In this document: positions 20,374 to 29,579 of the stretch, piece after piece
Layout of the letters: the number at the start of each line of letters is the position of its first letter
Numbering within the stretch: the stretch's first letter is position 1
Source: Alphaproteobacteria bacterium
GTDB lineage: Bacteria > Pseudomonadota > Alphaproteobacteria > UBA828
DNA length: 64,000 nt
Direction: 5' to 3'
Assembly: GCA_965220745.1 (NCBI GenBank)
Contig: CBDCQT010000011.1
Coordinates: 1-64,000 of the forward strand
The notes under the pieces: generated by a model
Database searches by the model: none
Seen by the model: the letters and a program-made list of their open reading frames with translations, nothing else
What the model was told of the DNA's origin: nothing
Translations under genes and position numbers: made by a program

Positions 20374-22281
20374 TTAGCCGATCACGCCACCGTCGTCGTG
20401 GGTGATCGCCACCACGGATGAGCGTGGCGCGGCATCGCCGCCCTCTGGGAAGTGGCTGTCGCCCTTCTCGCCGGGGTGCTGGATTCCGATGAACATGGTC
20501 TTTCGGTCGGCGCTCCAGGTGATGCCGGTGACCTCGCATTCCCTGGGGCCCACGAGGAAGCGGCGAATCTCGCCGGTGGCGGGGTCGCCGAGCAGCATCA
20601 TGTTGTTGCCCTGGCCGGCGAAGTCGCCCTCGTTGGAGTACTTGCCGTCGGTCTGGATCCAGAGGCGCCCCTGGCTGTCGAAGGCGAGGCCGTCCGGCGA
20701 GTTGAACATGTTGTCCGCGTTCACGTTGGCGGAGCCGGCGCGCGCGTCGGCGTGGACCGTCGGGTTGCCGGCGATGACGTAGAGGTCCCAGGCGAAGGTA
20801 TCGGCCGCATGATCGCCACCAGTGGGTACCCAGCGCACGATCTGGCCGTACTTGTTCTGCTCCCGCGGGTTGGGGCCGCCGACAGGCGTCAAGTCGCCGC
20901 CCGTGTTGGGCTTGACGCCGCGGTTCTTGTTGTTGGTGAGGCAGCAGTACGCCTCTGCCTTCTTCGGGTTGGCCGCCACCCATTCGGGCCGGTCCATGGT
21001 GGTGGCGCCCACCGCCGATGCCGCCTGGCGGGTGTGGATGCAGACCTCGGCCTGCGACGCCATGCCCGTGGTCTCCGGCGTGAGCGCGAGCCACGCGCCG
21101 CTGCCGTCGTCCGCGAACCTGGCTACGGAGAGCGAGCCGCTCTCCAGCAGGTCACGATTGTCGCCGCCCTCGGCATAGGTACCGTCGCTGACGAAGCGAT
21201 AGAGAAACTCGCCCCGCTCGTCGTCGCCCAAGTACACCACGACGCGGCCGTCGGTGGCGAGCGCCACCTCCGCGTTCTCGTGCTTGAAGCGGCCGAGCGC
21301 AGTGCGCTTCTTGGGCGTGGATGCGGGATCGAACGGGTCGATCTCGACCACGTAGCCGGCACGGTGCGGCTCGTTGGGATGCTTGGAGACGTCGAAGCGC
21401 TCGTCCGTCATTGCCCAGGCATATCCGCGATCTTCCGCCTTGATACCGTAGCGCTTGAAGCCTGCGGGCAGCGCGAAGTCGGGATCGCCAGACGAGAAGT
21501 AGCCGTTGAAATTCTCCTCGCAGGCGAGATAGGTGCCCCAGGGCGTGCGGCCGTTGCCGCAGTTGTTCCAGGTGCCGAGCGCGGTCGTGCCGTCGGGGTC
21601 GGCGGCGGTCTTCATCAGGTCGTGGCCGCGGGCGGGCCCGGTGATCTCCATTGGCGTGTCCGGCGTGATGCGGCGGTTGTAGGGCGAGTCCTGGACGATC
21701 CCCCAGGCGCCGTCCTGCTGCGCGATCTCGACGACGGAGACACCGTGGCCGGCCTTGCACTTGCGCACGTCGTCCTTGGTCTCCGGCTTACCCGACCCGC
21801 GGTTGGCGAACATGATGCCGAGATTCGTGTATTCGTTGTTCGTGGCGAGCACGCTACGGCCCTCGCCGGCGAAGAGCGCCATCCCGTCGCAGTTGTCGCC
21901 GAAGGCCATCTCCTGGCTCTCGCCGGTACCGCGCGTCGCGTGGTCGAAGGCAGCGCCGCTCGACCAGAGCGGATCGCCCCAGCGGGCCACCACGTGCCAG
22001 CTATAGCCCTCGGGCACCGTGACTGTATCAAGTCCGTTGGCGGCGACCGGCGTGAAGTCGAGGCCCGCAGCTGCGGCGCGGGCCGGGGACGCCACCATGC
22101 CGCCGGAGCCCAGAACGAACGCAGTCGCGCCGCAGGCCGCAGTGCCGCAGAGGAAGCCGCGCCGCGATATCACCCGCGCGGCGAGCCGCTCGAAATCGGT
22201 GGGTGAAGCGTCCTGGTCGATCATGTCGCCGGCATCGTTCTGTGAGACCGCGTCGCGTGCGGCCGCTGCGTCGTCACGCAT
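20374..22281 (-). CDS. phoX: PhoX alkaline phosphatase (Tat-exported)
   Basis: Tat motif SRRGFL; FGDNCDGM, NCGNGRTPWGTYLACEEN, GRFKHENA, MDRPE, SPDGL, IQTDG, IQHPG. Confidence 0.95.
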   Translation of the reverse strand: MRDDAAAARDAVSQNDAGDMIDQDASPTDFERLAARVISRRGFLCGTAACGATAFVLGSGGMVASPARAAAAGLDFTPVAANGLDTVTVPEGYSWHVVARWGDPLWSSGAAFDHATRGTGESQEMAFGDNCDGMALFAGEGRSVLATNNEYTNLGIMFANRGSGKPETKDDVRKCKAGHGVSVVEIAQQDGAWGIVQDSPYNRRITPDTPMEITGPARGHDLMKTAADPDGTTALGTWNNCGNGRTPWGTYLACEENFNGYFSSGDPDFALPAGFKRYGIKAEDRGYAWAMTDERFDVSKHPNEPHRAGYVVEIDPFDPASTPKKRTALGRFKHENAEVALATDGRVVVYLGDDERGEFLYRFVSDGTYAEGGDNRDLLESGSLSVARFADDGSGAWLALTPETTGMASQAEVCIHTRQAASAVGATTMDRPEWVAANPKKAEAYCCLTNNKNRGVKPNTGGDLTPVGGPNPREQNKYGQIVRWVPTGGDHAADTFAWDLYVIAGNPTVHADARAGSANVNADNMFNSPDGLAFDSQGRLWIQTDGKYSNEGDFAGQGNNMMLLGDPATGEIRRFLVGPRECEVTGITWSADRKTMFIGIQHPGEKGDSHFPEGGDAAPRSSVVAITHDDGGVIG

Positions 22282-22370
22282 GTCCATCTCCCGTGGTCGA
22301 ATGGCGCTAAGCATTGACGCCTGCGCCGCCCGTCCGGCGCTGCAGGCGTGACCGGAAATAGCGGCAGCCG

Positions 22371-22410
22371 GTTACGGCCCGTCGGCACTCGTGTGACAGT
22401 CTCGTGACGT
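22371..22410 (-). promoter_or_regulatory. Pho box (PhoB binding site) upstream of phoX
   Basis: Minus strand ACGTCAC-gaga-CTGTCAC (22410-22393), an 11-bp periodic match to CTGTCAT-N4-CTGTCAT, plus an in-phase CCGTAAC at 22377-22371. Confidence 0.7.
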
Positions 22411-22465
22411 CCCAGAGCCCCGGAGCGTCATCGCCCGCACCGCCGCCCCTTACCCTGGCCCGAGT

Positions 22466-23530
22466 CTACAATCTCCAACGGAGCGCGACGTGCAGGCCGG
22501 TGTCGGGCGCGGCATGAAACGTGCCATCGTCCTCGGTGACCGCAATTTCCAGCGTCATGTCCTCGCTGAATCGCCACGACCCTCCCATCCCGATCATGAC
22601 GACGGGGTCCGACAGCGGAGAAACGGCGGAGGCGCCGTAGGGTGAGGAATGAACGTCGACCTGCGTCGTCAGGTTGAAGTCTGCCGATAGTTGCCAAGTC
22701 ACGCCGAAGCGCCCGAAGGCGATGAACCGGCCGCCAATGCCCGGTAGATTTGGCGGCGCTTGACCGACCAGGAGCCCCAGCGTCGCGCTGTAGAGCCACT
22801 CGCGCGACGCGGTCGATGCCGACAGAGAGCCCGAAGTTTCTGCCCAGGCCGAAACCGAAAGACCTCCCGATCCGGTCAGATTGTCTTCACCGCCGGTGGG
22901 GAGCTTCAGCATGCTCCGCAGTGTCATGCCGTCGTTCGAAAACGGCGGCGACGGCAGCGCGTAGCCCAAGCCGAGGCTCACGTCCCCGACAGACGAGAGG
23001 CTGCTTTCGATATCGACATGAGTCCTGTCGCTATCGGCGTAGATCAGCGTCAGGCGGTCACGCGGGGTGATGAGCCGATCACCTTGGGGGAGGCCGAAAG
23101 TTCGGTGCCACTCCTCGATGAAGCTATCCAGGCTGCCGGGCCCATGCGACACGAAGGAAAGATCCAGCAGATACTCCCAGCCGTTCCCAAATCCATGGCG
23201 GAGCGAGAGAGCTTGCCTGTGCGTCTCCCCATCGATCAGCACGATTTCCTGGCCGGACGTCCCTCCACGCAAGTGTGACGCTAAGTCCATCGACGCGACC
23301 AGTTCCGATGAGCCCGGCGCCAGCACTGGCGTGCCGAAGGAACTCGGTACCCCGTACAACATGTGAAACGGGTTCAGATTTACGATGCGCAGCGGTGTCG
23401 CGATGCTGCGTTCGTCTGCTTCTTCGGCTGCAGTCGCGCCCGACGAGAAGACGGACATCGTCAGGGCGCACGCGAGTCCGAGAAACGCGCCCGCGAGGGC
23501 CCGGCCTAGTGAGAATCTTACCGGAAGCAA
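22466..23530 (-). CDS. DUF3187-like outer-membrane beta-barrel protein (start uncertain)
   Basis: Signal-like N-terminus; LRIVNLNPF..LYG, IDGETHR, LDSFIEEWHRTFGLPQGDR, KLPTG, VTED...PD; amphipathic C-terminal strand HVALRWRL. Confidence 0.7.
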   Translation of the reverse strand: MLPVRFSLGRALAGAFLGLACALTMSVFSSGATAAEEADERSIATPLRIVNLNPFHMLYGVPSSFGTPVLAPGSSELVASMDLASHLRGGTSGQEIVLIDGETHRQALSLRHGFGNGWEYLLDLSFVSHGPGSLDSFIEEWHRTFGLPQGDRLITPRDRLTLIYADSDRTHVDIESSLSSVGDVSLGLGYALPSPPFSNDGMTLRSMLKLPTGGEDNLTGSGGLSVSAWAETSGSLSASTASREWLYSATLGLLVGQAPPNLPGIGGRFIAFGRFGVTWQLSADFNLTTQVDVHSSPYGASAVSPLSDPVVMIGMGGSWRFSEDMTLEIAVTEDDGTFHAAPDTGLHVALRWRL

Positions 23531-23568
23531 GTCGAAAACCGGCTCGTGCTCAGACAGTCGTGTCCCGC

Positions 23569-24582
23569 TCAGCCGCCGGCTTGCGCCCTCTTCTCGTCGA
23601 GGGCGCGGAGGACTACCTCGGGCGTCACCGGAATCTGGGTGATGCGCACGTCGAGCGCGTTGTTGATGGCGTTCACAATGGCCGGGATCGGCCCGTTGGT
23701 CACCATCTCGCCCACGCCCTTGCCACCGTAGGGGCCGCTCTCCGCCGGGTATTCCAGCACCTCGCAGGTGACCTCGGGCATTTCCGACGCGCCGGGCTGG
23801 AGGTAGTTCTGGAAATCGACCGGCGCGGGATCGATGGCCGGATAGCCGGGCGCTGTGGTCTCGTAGAGCGCGTGGCCGATGCCCATCCAGGAGCCGCCCA
23901 CGATCTGGCCTTTCACGAGATCGGGATTCACTTGCTGGCCCACCTCGTAGACGCTCTTCATGTCGAGCACCTCGACCATCCCGGTCTCGGTATCGACCTC
24001 GACCTCGACGATGGTGCAGGCATGGGCCTGGGTCGAATCCGGATCGCACTCTCCGGTCTCCGGGTCCATCGGGCTCGGCGGTTTGAGGTAGGCGCCGCGG
24101 CCCGCAATGGTCTTGCCGTAGCCGAAGTGAGCCGCGCCCGCGACCTCGCCGACCGAGACCGACTTCTCGGCCACACCCTTGATGTGGATGTTTCCGTCGC
24201 CGTCGGTCTCCAAGTCCTCCGGGCTCGCCTCCAGCAGCTCGCCCGCGACCTCGAGCATCGCCTTGCGCGCCTCCTGCGCCGCCATCACCACCGCGTTGCC
24301 CGCGCGGTGCGTGGTGCGGCTCGCGAAGGTGCCGGTGCAGTGGGGGCCGGTGTCGGTATCGGCGGTCTCCACCACGATGCTCTCGTAGGGGACGCCCAGG
24401 GTCTCTGCCGCGATCTGCGCCAGCACGGTCCTGAGCCCCTGGCCGAGATCGACGCTCGCCATGGTGACGACGAAGTCGCCGGCCGGAGTCATGTGGATCA
24501 GCGACTGGGTGGGATCGCCGCCCAGGTGCATCCCGGTCGGATAGTTCACGGCCGCGAAGCCGGTGCCCCTTACCTTGGCCAT
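23569..24582 (-). CDS. Xanthine-dehydrogenase-family Mo hydroxylase, medium molybdopterin subunit (NdhM-like)
   Basis: RGTGFAAVNYPTGMHLGGDP, DLGQG, GTFASR, GQIVGG, catalytic GGKGVGE; starts at a TGATG overlap with an RBS. Confidence 0.88.
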   Translation of the reverse strand: MAKVRGTGFAAVNYPTGMHLGGDPTQSLIHMTPAGDFVVTMASVDLGQGLRTVLAQIAAETLGVPYESIVVETADTDTGPHCTGTFASRTTHRAGNAVVMAAQEARKAMLEVAGELLEASPEDLETDGDGNIHIKGVAEKSVSVGEVAGAAHFGYGKTIAGRGAYLKPPSPMDPETGECDPDSTQAHACTIVEVEVDTETGMVEVLDMKSVYEVGQQVNPDLVKGQIVGGSWMGIGHALYETTAPGYPAIDPAPVDFQNYLQPGASEMPEVTCEVLEYPAESGPYGGKGVGEMVTNGPIPAIVNAINNALDVRITQIPVTPEVVLRALDEKRAQAGG

Positions 24583-25928
24583 CAGCTTGCCTTTCTGTCC
24601 CAGGAGGTCATCGCTTGGTAGTCCGCCGGCAGCTCGTGACCCGCAAGCTTTGCCGCCGCCTGGATGGTCTCCACCATCGCCGCGTCCTCGTTGACCTTGC
24701 GGTGCGCGCGCATGTCGCCGTTGCGGTAGGCGTTGAGCAGCCGGAGCTGCCACGGGTCCATGCCGATGATCTTGGCGACCTTGTCCATCTGCAGCTCGAT
24801 GGCGAAGGAGGCGGCCATCACGCCAAAGCCCCGCATGGCGCTCGACGGCGGCCGGTTTGTGAAGACTACCCGCGCATCGACCCAGACGTTGGGGATGGTG
24901 TAGGGCCCCGGCATGTGGCCCGCATGCTTCATCGAGCCGTAGGAGCTGAAGCGCAGGTAGGCGCCGGAATCCTGGTAGGAGGTGATCTTGCGGGCGACGA
25001 TGCGCCCGTCGTTCATCACCCCGTCCTTGATGAAGAGGCGCCAGGCGGAGCGGGTGGAGCTGACCTGCATCTCCTCTTCCCGCGTGTACTTGAACTTCAC
25101 CGGGCGTCCGGTACGCATGGCGGCCAGCACCGAGATCGGCTCGACCGCCACGTCCACCTTGCCGCCGAAGCCGCCGCCCACGGTGCCGCCGAGGAAGCGC
25201 AGCTTGCCGGGCGCGAGCCCGAGGATGGCGGCGGTGTTGTCGCGGGCGAAGTGCACGGCCTGCGTGTTGGTGTGCACCGTGATGCGCCCGTCGCCGCCGG
25301 GCTTGGCGATGCAGCCGTTGGTCTCCATCGGCGCCTGCTCGATGGGGCTGGTCTGGTACTTGTCCTCGACGATGTGGTCGGCCTCGGCGAAGCCCTCCTC
25401 GACATCGCCGAAGCGAATCTGCGCGGCCGCGTGGTCGTCTGGATAGATGTAGTGGTTGTTCGGCCAGTGGGCGGTCAGCGCCGGCAGCGATCCGGAAATC
25501 GCCTCCTCCACGTCGAACACGCCGGGCAGCGGGTCGTAGTCCACCTCCACCTTGGCGGCGCCGGCGCGGGCGGCCTCGGCACTCTCGCCGATGACGGCGA
25601 CGATGGGCTCGCCCCGCCAGCGCACCTTGTCGAAGGCGAGGATCGGCTCGTCCTCGGGCCCGACGCCGACGGCGGCAAGCCCGTTCCACACCTTCTTGCC
25701 GGGCAGGTCCTCGTGGGTAAGCACGCAGACCACGCCGGGGCTCGCCTCGGCCGCGCTGGTGTCCACGCTTACGATGTTGGCGTGGGGCTCCGCGCTCCGG
25801 TGCATCTTGAGATGCAGCATGCGCGGATAGTGGACGTCCTCGTAGTAGGCGGTCTGGCCGCGCGCGTGGCTTTCGAGGTCGCGCTGCCCGACGTTCCGGC
25901 CGACGACGCCGAGTTCCTTCATCGACAT
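24582..25928 (-). CDS. Xanthine-dehydrogenase-family Mo hydroxylase, large molybdopterin subunit (NdhL-like)
   Basis: RSAEPHANI, KVRWRGEPI, QAPMETNG, VGGGFGGK, DSGAY, AMRGFG. Confidence 0.9.
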   Translation of the reverse strand: MSMKELGVVGRNVGQRDLESHARGQTAYYEDVHYPRMLHLKMHRSAEPHANIVSVDTSAAEASPGVVCVLTHEDLPGKKVWNGLAAVGVGPEDEPILAFDKVRWRGEPIVAVIGESAEAARAGAAKVEVDYDPLPGVFDVEEAISGSLPALTAHWPNNHYIYPDDHAAAQIRFGDVEEGFAEADHIVEDKYQTSPIEQAPMETNGCIAKPGGDGRITVHTNTQAVHFARDNTAAILGLAPGKLRFLGGTVGGGFGGKVDVAVEPISVLAAMRTGRPVKFKYTREEEMQVSSTRSAWRLFIKDGVMNDGRIVARKITSYQDSGAYLRFSSYGSMKHAGHMPGPYTIPNVWVDARVVFTNRPPSSAMRGFGVMAASFAIELQMDKVAKIIGMDPWQLRLLNAYRNGDMRAHRKVNEDAAMVETIQAAAKLAGHELPADYQAMTSWDRKAS

Positions 25929-26419
25929 TAGCTCGCCTCCTCCCCGGTATCCGAGAGCGCTTGCGCGGCCTGCTGCACCGCGCGGACGATGGGCGCGAAC
26001 CCGGTACAGCGACAAAGATTGCCCGAGAGCCCCTCCACGATCTCATCGCGGCTCGGCGCCGGATTGCGGTCGAGCAGCGCCTTCGCCGCCATGACCATGC
26101 CGGCGGTGCAGTAGCCGCACTGCGCTGCGTAGTTCTCGACGAAGGCCTGCTGCAGCGGCACGATTGCGTTGGTCGCGTTGAGGCCTTCGAGCGTGGTCAC
26201 CTCCGCCCCTTCGGCCCGCTCGGCGAGCGTGAGGCAGGAGAGACGCAGCTCCCCATCCACCAGCACCGAGCAGCTGCCGCAGCCGCCCTGGCCGCAGCCG
26301 CTCTTGACCGCGGTGAGCTCGAGGGTGTCGCGCAGCACGTCCTGCAGTGTCGCCAGCGGCTGGATTATTACCGCTTCGTCACGGCCGTTGACCGTGAGGC
26401 GTATCAGCTTGTCTTCCAT
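25928..26419 (-). CDS. Mo hydroxylase 2x[2Fe-2S] subunit (CoxS/NdhS-like)
   Basis: GCGQGGCGSC...SC and QCGYC...NLCRCTG. Confidence 0.93.
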   Translation of the reverse strand: MEDKLIRLTVNGRDEAVIIQPLATLQDVLRDTLELTAVKSGCGQGGCGSCSVLVDGELRLSCLTLAERAEGAEVTTLEGLNATNAIVPLQQAFVENYAAQCGYCTAGMVMAAKALLDRNPAPSRDEIVEGLSGNLCRCTGFAPIVRAVQQAAQALSDTGEEAS

Positions 26420-26441
26420 CGTTGCCTCCCGCTCAACGTCG

Positions 26442-27257
26442 TCAGGCGAGCGCCGCCAGCACCCGGCCGACGAAGACGCCGGTCATGCGCCGGCGATACC
26501 AGTCGGTCGCGACCGCGTCGGTCTGGGGCGCGACCGCGCCCTCGGCCGCCTGAGCCGCCGCCGCTATGGCCGCCTCGTCCAGGCTGGAGCCGATTACCGC
26601 CTGCTCCGCCGCAGCGCAGCGCAAGGGGTGCGCGTGCGCGCCGCTCAGCGCGATCCGGGCTGCGGCGACCGTGTCGCCGTCCTTCGCGACGCAGGCGGCG
26701 ACCGTGACCACCGAGGGCGTCGAGTAGCGCCGCCGCGTGCACTTCATGTAGGCGGCGTCGCCCGCCGGCACGTCGAGCTCGATCCGGGTTAGCAACCCCG
26801 TGCTGGGCGGCGCGCCGTCCGTCCAGCCGGCATAAAAATCCTCGATGGGTTGCGTTGTCTCGCCGTCGGCCGTCGCGAAGACCGGCCGTGCACCGAGCGC
26901 GAGCAGCGCAGGCGCAAGGTCGCCGAAGGGCGCGCGGGCGAACAGGTTGCCGCCGACCGTCGCCATGTTCTGCACCGCAGGCCCTCCGATCTCGCGGGTG
27001 GCGGCCTGGAGCGCCGGAATCGGCACGGCCTCGCGCAGCACGCTCAGCGGAACCGCCGCGCCGATCGACCAGCCGCCATCGCGCGACACCACCTTGTCGA
27101 GACCGAGGCGGTCCACCCCGATCAGGTAGCCGCCATCCGACGGATAGGTCTCGCGCATCAGGCTGGTGCCGCCTGCGAGCACCGCTGCCGCAGCACCGTG
27201 GCGCGCGATCAGATCGGCCGCCTCGTCGATCGAGCCCGGCCGAAGAAACTCTGGCAT
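26442..27257 (-). CDS. Mo hydroxylase FAD-binding subunit (CoxM/NdhF-like)
   Basis: LAGGTSL, IGGPAVQNMATVGGNL, PFGD, D..ATDWYRRRM. Confidence 0.9.
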   Translation of the reverse strand: MPEFLRPGSIDEAADLIARHGAAAAVLAGGTSLMRETYPSDGGYLIGVDRLGLDKVVSRDGGWSIGAAVPLSVLREAVPIPALQAATREIGGPAVQNMATVGGNLFARAPFGDLAPALLALGARPVFATADGETTQPIEDFYAGWTDGAPPSTGLLTRIELDVPAGDAAYMKCTRRRYSTPSVVTVAACVAKDGDTVAAARIALSGAHAHPLRCAAAEQAVIGSSLDEAAIAAAAQAAEGAVAPQTDAVATDWYRRRMTGVFVGRVLAALA

Positions 27258-27450
27258 GGACGTCCCCCCTCCGTCCGTTACTGAAGCGCGGGCCGGATAT
27301 TAGCCCGCCTATCTCACCAAGGTCACGGCCTGCGTCGCGTCGCGCGGAACGCGCGCGGAGCACGCGATGCGCGCAGGCGTTCGCTCGGGCCTTGCCGCGC
27401 CGCCGGCAAGGCGGCTATCGTCCGCCGCTCCATCGATAGCGAGGCGCGAT

Positions 27451-28830
27451 ATGGCAACGAGGCCCGACCCGGTCGTCCGGAATCTCGACCTGGAGAGTGC
27501 GCTGGACGAGGTCACGGCGCGCTACACCAGCGCTAATCCCGCCAGCCGCGCGCAGTACGAGCGGGCGAAGCAGAGCCTGCCCGGCGGCAACACGCGGACC
27601 GGCATGTTCTACACGCCCTTCCCGCTCGCGATCGAGAAGGCGGCCGGCGCGATGCTGACCGATGTCGACGGCCACACATACACCGATTTCGTCGGCGATT
27701 TCTCGGCTGGCCTCTACGGCCATTCGCACCCGGTGATCCGCGAGGCCCTGGCCGCGGCCCTCGACGACGGGATGGCCTACGGCTCGTCCAGCCCCTACGA
27801 GGAGCGGCTGGCGACGCTCGTCTGTGCCCGTTTCTCCTCCATCGAGCAGGTGCGTTTCACCAACTCGGGCACCGAGGCCAACACTATGGCGCTGGTCACG
27901 GCCCGCGCGGTCAGCGGCAAGGACCTGGTCATGGTGTTCGAGGGCGCCTATCACGGCGGCACCATCTATTTCGGCCGCAAAAGCGCGCCGATCAACATGC
28001 CCTTCCCCTTCCTCATCGCGCCCTACAACGATGCGGAAGAGGCGACGCGCCTGATCGCTGAGAATGCGGACCGTCTCGCCTGTGTGCTGGCTGAGCCAAT
28101 GCAGGGCGCGTCCGGTGCGATTCCGGGCGACGCGGACTTCCTGCGCGCGCTGCGCGAGGCCTGCAGCGCCCACGGCGTGCTGCTGATCTTCGACGAGGTG
28201 ATGACCTCCAGGGTCGCCCCCAATGGGCGCCAGGGTCAGCTCGGGATCACCCCCGACATGACGACGCTCGGGAAATACATCGGCGGCGGCATCTCCTGCG
28301 GCGCCTTCGGCGGCCCGGCCGAGATCATGTCGCGCTACGATCCGTCGAAGCCCGGCGCCTACGTCCACCACGGCACCTTCAACAACAATGTGCTCATGCT
28401 CCGGGCCGGCGCCGCCGGGCTCGAGAAGGTCTTCACGCCGGAGGTGCAGGTCGCGCTCAGCGAGTCAGGCATTGCCTTGCGCGATGCCCTCAATGGCCTC
28501 GCGGCCAAGCACGGGGCGCCGTTTCAGGTCACCGGTCTCGGCTCGATCATGACGATACACTTCCAGAGCGAGCCTCTTCGCTCCATCCGCGACATCCAGC
28601 CCAGGGACGAGCGCCTGCGCCAGCTCCTGCATCTCTCCCTGATCGACAAGGGGTTCTTCACCACCCGGCGCGGCTACATGGCGCTCTCGCTGCTCATCAC
28701 CGAGGCCGATTGCGCCGGCCTGATCCAGGCGATCGACGACTTCCTGGCCCACCACGGCCATCTGCTCGATGCTGTTCCGGAGAACGCTCCAGTCGACGTT
28801 TGGCCGGCGGCCGCCGGCGCCACCACCTAG
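27451..28830 (+). CDS. Class III PLP aminotransferase (glutamate-1-semialdehyde aminomutase-like, not canonical HemL)
   Basis: PGGNTR, RFTNSGTEA, YHGG, LIFDEVMT, TLGKYIGGG, HHGTFNNN. Confidence 0.88.
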   Translation: MATRPDPVVRNLDLESALDEVTARYTSANPASRAQYERAKQSLPGGNTRTGMFYTPFPLAIEKAAGAMLTDVDGHTYTDFVGDFSAGLYGHSHPVIREALAAALDDGMAYGSSSPYEERLATLVCARFSSIEQVRFTNSGTEANTMALVTARAVSGKDLVMVFEGAYHGGTIYFGRKSAPINMPFPFLIAPYNDAEEATRLIAENADRLACVLAEPMQGASGAIPGDADFLRALREACSAHGVLLIFDEVMTSRVAPNGRQGQLGITPDMTTLGKYIGGGISCGAFGGPAEIMSRYDPSKPGAYVHHGTFNNNVLMLRAGAAGLEKVFTPEVQVALSESGIALRDALNGLAAKHGAPFQVTGLGSIMTIHFQSEPLRSIRDIQPRDERLRQLLHLSLIDKGFFTTRRGYMALSLLITEADCAGLIQAIDDFLAHHGHLLDAVPENAPVDVWPAAAGATT

Positions 28831-28843
28831 TGAGGGAGAACGA

Positions 28844-29242
28844 ATGAACGATAGTGAACGCCGCAATCTCGCGGTGATTACCGAGGTCTGCGACGCCTAT
28901 AACCGGCACGACGTGGAGGGCATTGTCCGGCACTTCGCCGAGGACTCGTCCTGGCTGCTCTCGCGCGGCGTGCCGCCCGAGGGTGGGCGCGCAAGAGGGA
29001 TAGACGAGATCCGCGCCATGGCGCACAAGCGCTTTCGTACCATCCCAGACATGTACTGGCACATTCGCAGCCACTGGGTCGGTGGCAACCGGGGCTGCTC
29101 CGAGTGGACCGTCACTGGCACCGAATCCAACGGCAACAAGATCAACTGGCTCGGCTGCGACATCTGGGAGCTGAACGACGACGGCAAGGTCGTCACCAAG
29201 GACACCTACTGGAAGTTTGCGGGCGAGGAGCCGCCGGAATAG
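28844..29242 (+). CDS. SnoaL/NTF2-like protein
   Basis: DAYNRHDVEGIVRHFAED...RGCSEWTVTGT...GCDIWE...GKVVTKDTYWK; GAGGGAG RBS. Confidence 0.85.
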   Translation: MNDSERRNLAVITEVCDAYNRHDVEGIVRHFAEDSSWLLSRGVPPEGGRARGIDEIRAMAHKRFRTIPDMYWHIRSHWVGGNRGCSEWTVTGTESNGNKINWLGCDIWELNDDGKVVTKDTYWKFAGEEPPE

Positions 29243-29317
29243 TCACCGCGCCCCGATGTTGACAGCGTTCCGGCCGGCTCTGTAAACAGCGGGGCCGCGC
29301 CGGCGCGGGACACCGCC

Positions 29318-29410
29318 GGAGGGATGGCCGAGTGGTCGAAGGCGGCGGTTTGCTAAACCGTTGTACGGTGACAAGCCGTACCGTGGGTTCGAATCCCACT
29401 CCCTCCGCCA
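29318..29410 (+). tRNA. tRNA-Ser (GCT)
   Basis: GGAGGGA/TCCCTCC acceptor stem, anticodon loop TT-GCT-AA, long variable arm, GGTTCGAATCC, encoded CCA; TTGACA promoter-like site at 29259. Confidence 0.97.
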
Positions 29411-29579
29411 CTCCTCTCTTCCGTAACGTATTGCAAAGAATGCTCTTCTGTTGATTGGGCCGAGTAGCGCCCCCATTTGCTCCACTGAGGCGAGGCTGAG
29501 CGACGACTCCGGGCATTACGCGGCAGGGTTGCGACCGTCCCCGCAGAAACATGCAATTCGCCAAACAGGATCGTGGATC

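Noticed and set aside
23569-26046. 825-aa ORF suggesting a frameshifted single Mo subunit
   Set aside because: The upstream 487 codons are Arg/Ala/Gly-rich shadow over the large-subunit gene. The L/M junction has a TGATG stop-start overlap and an RBS, matching known split enzymes.
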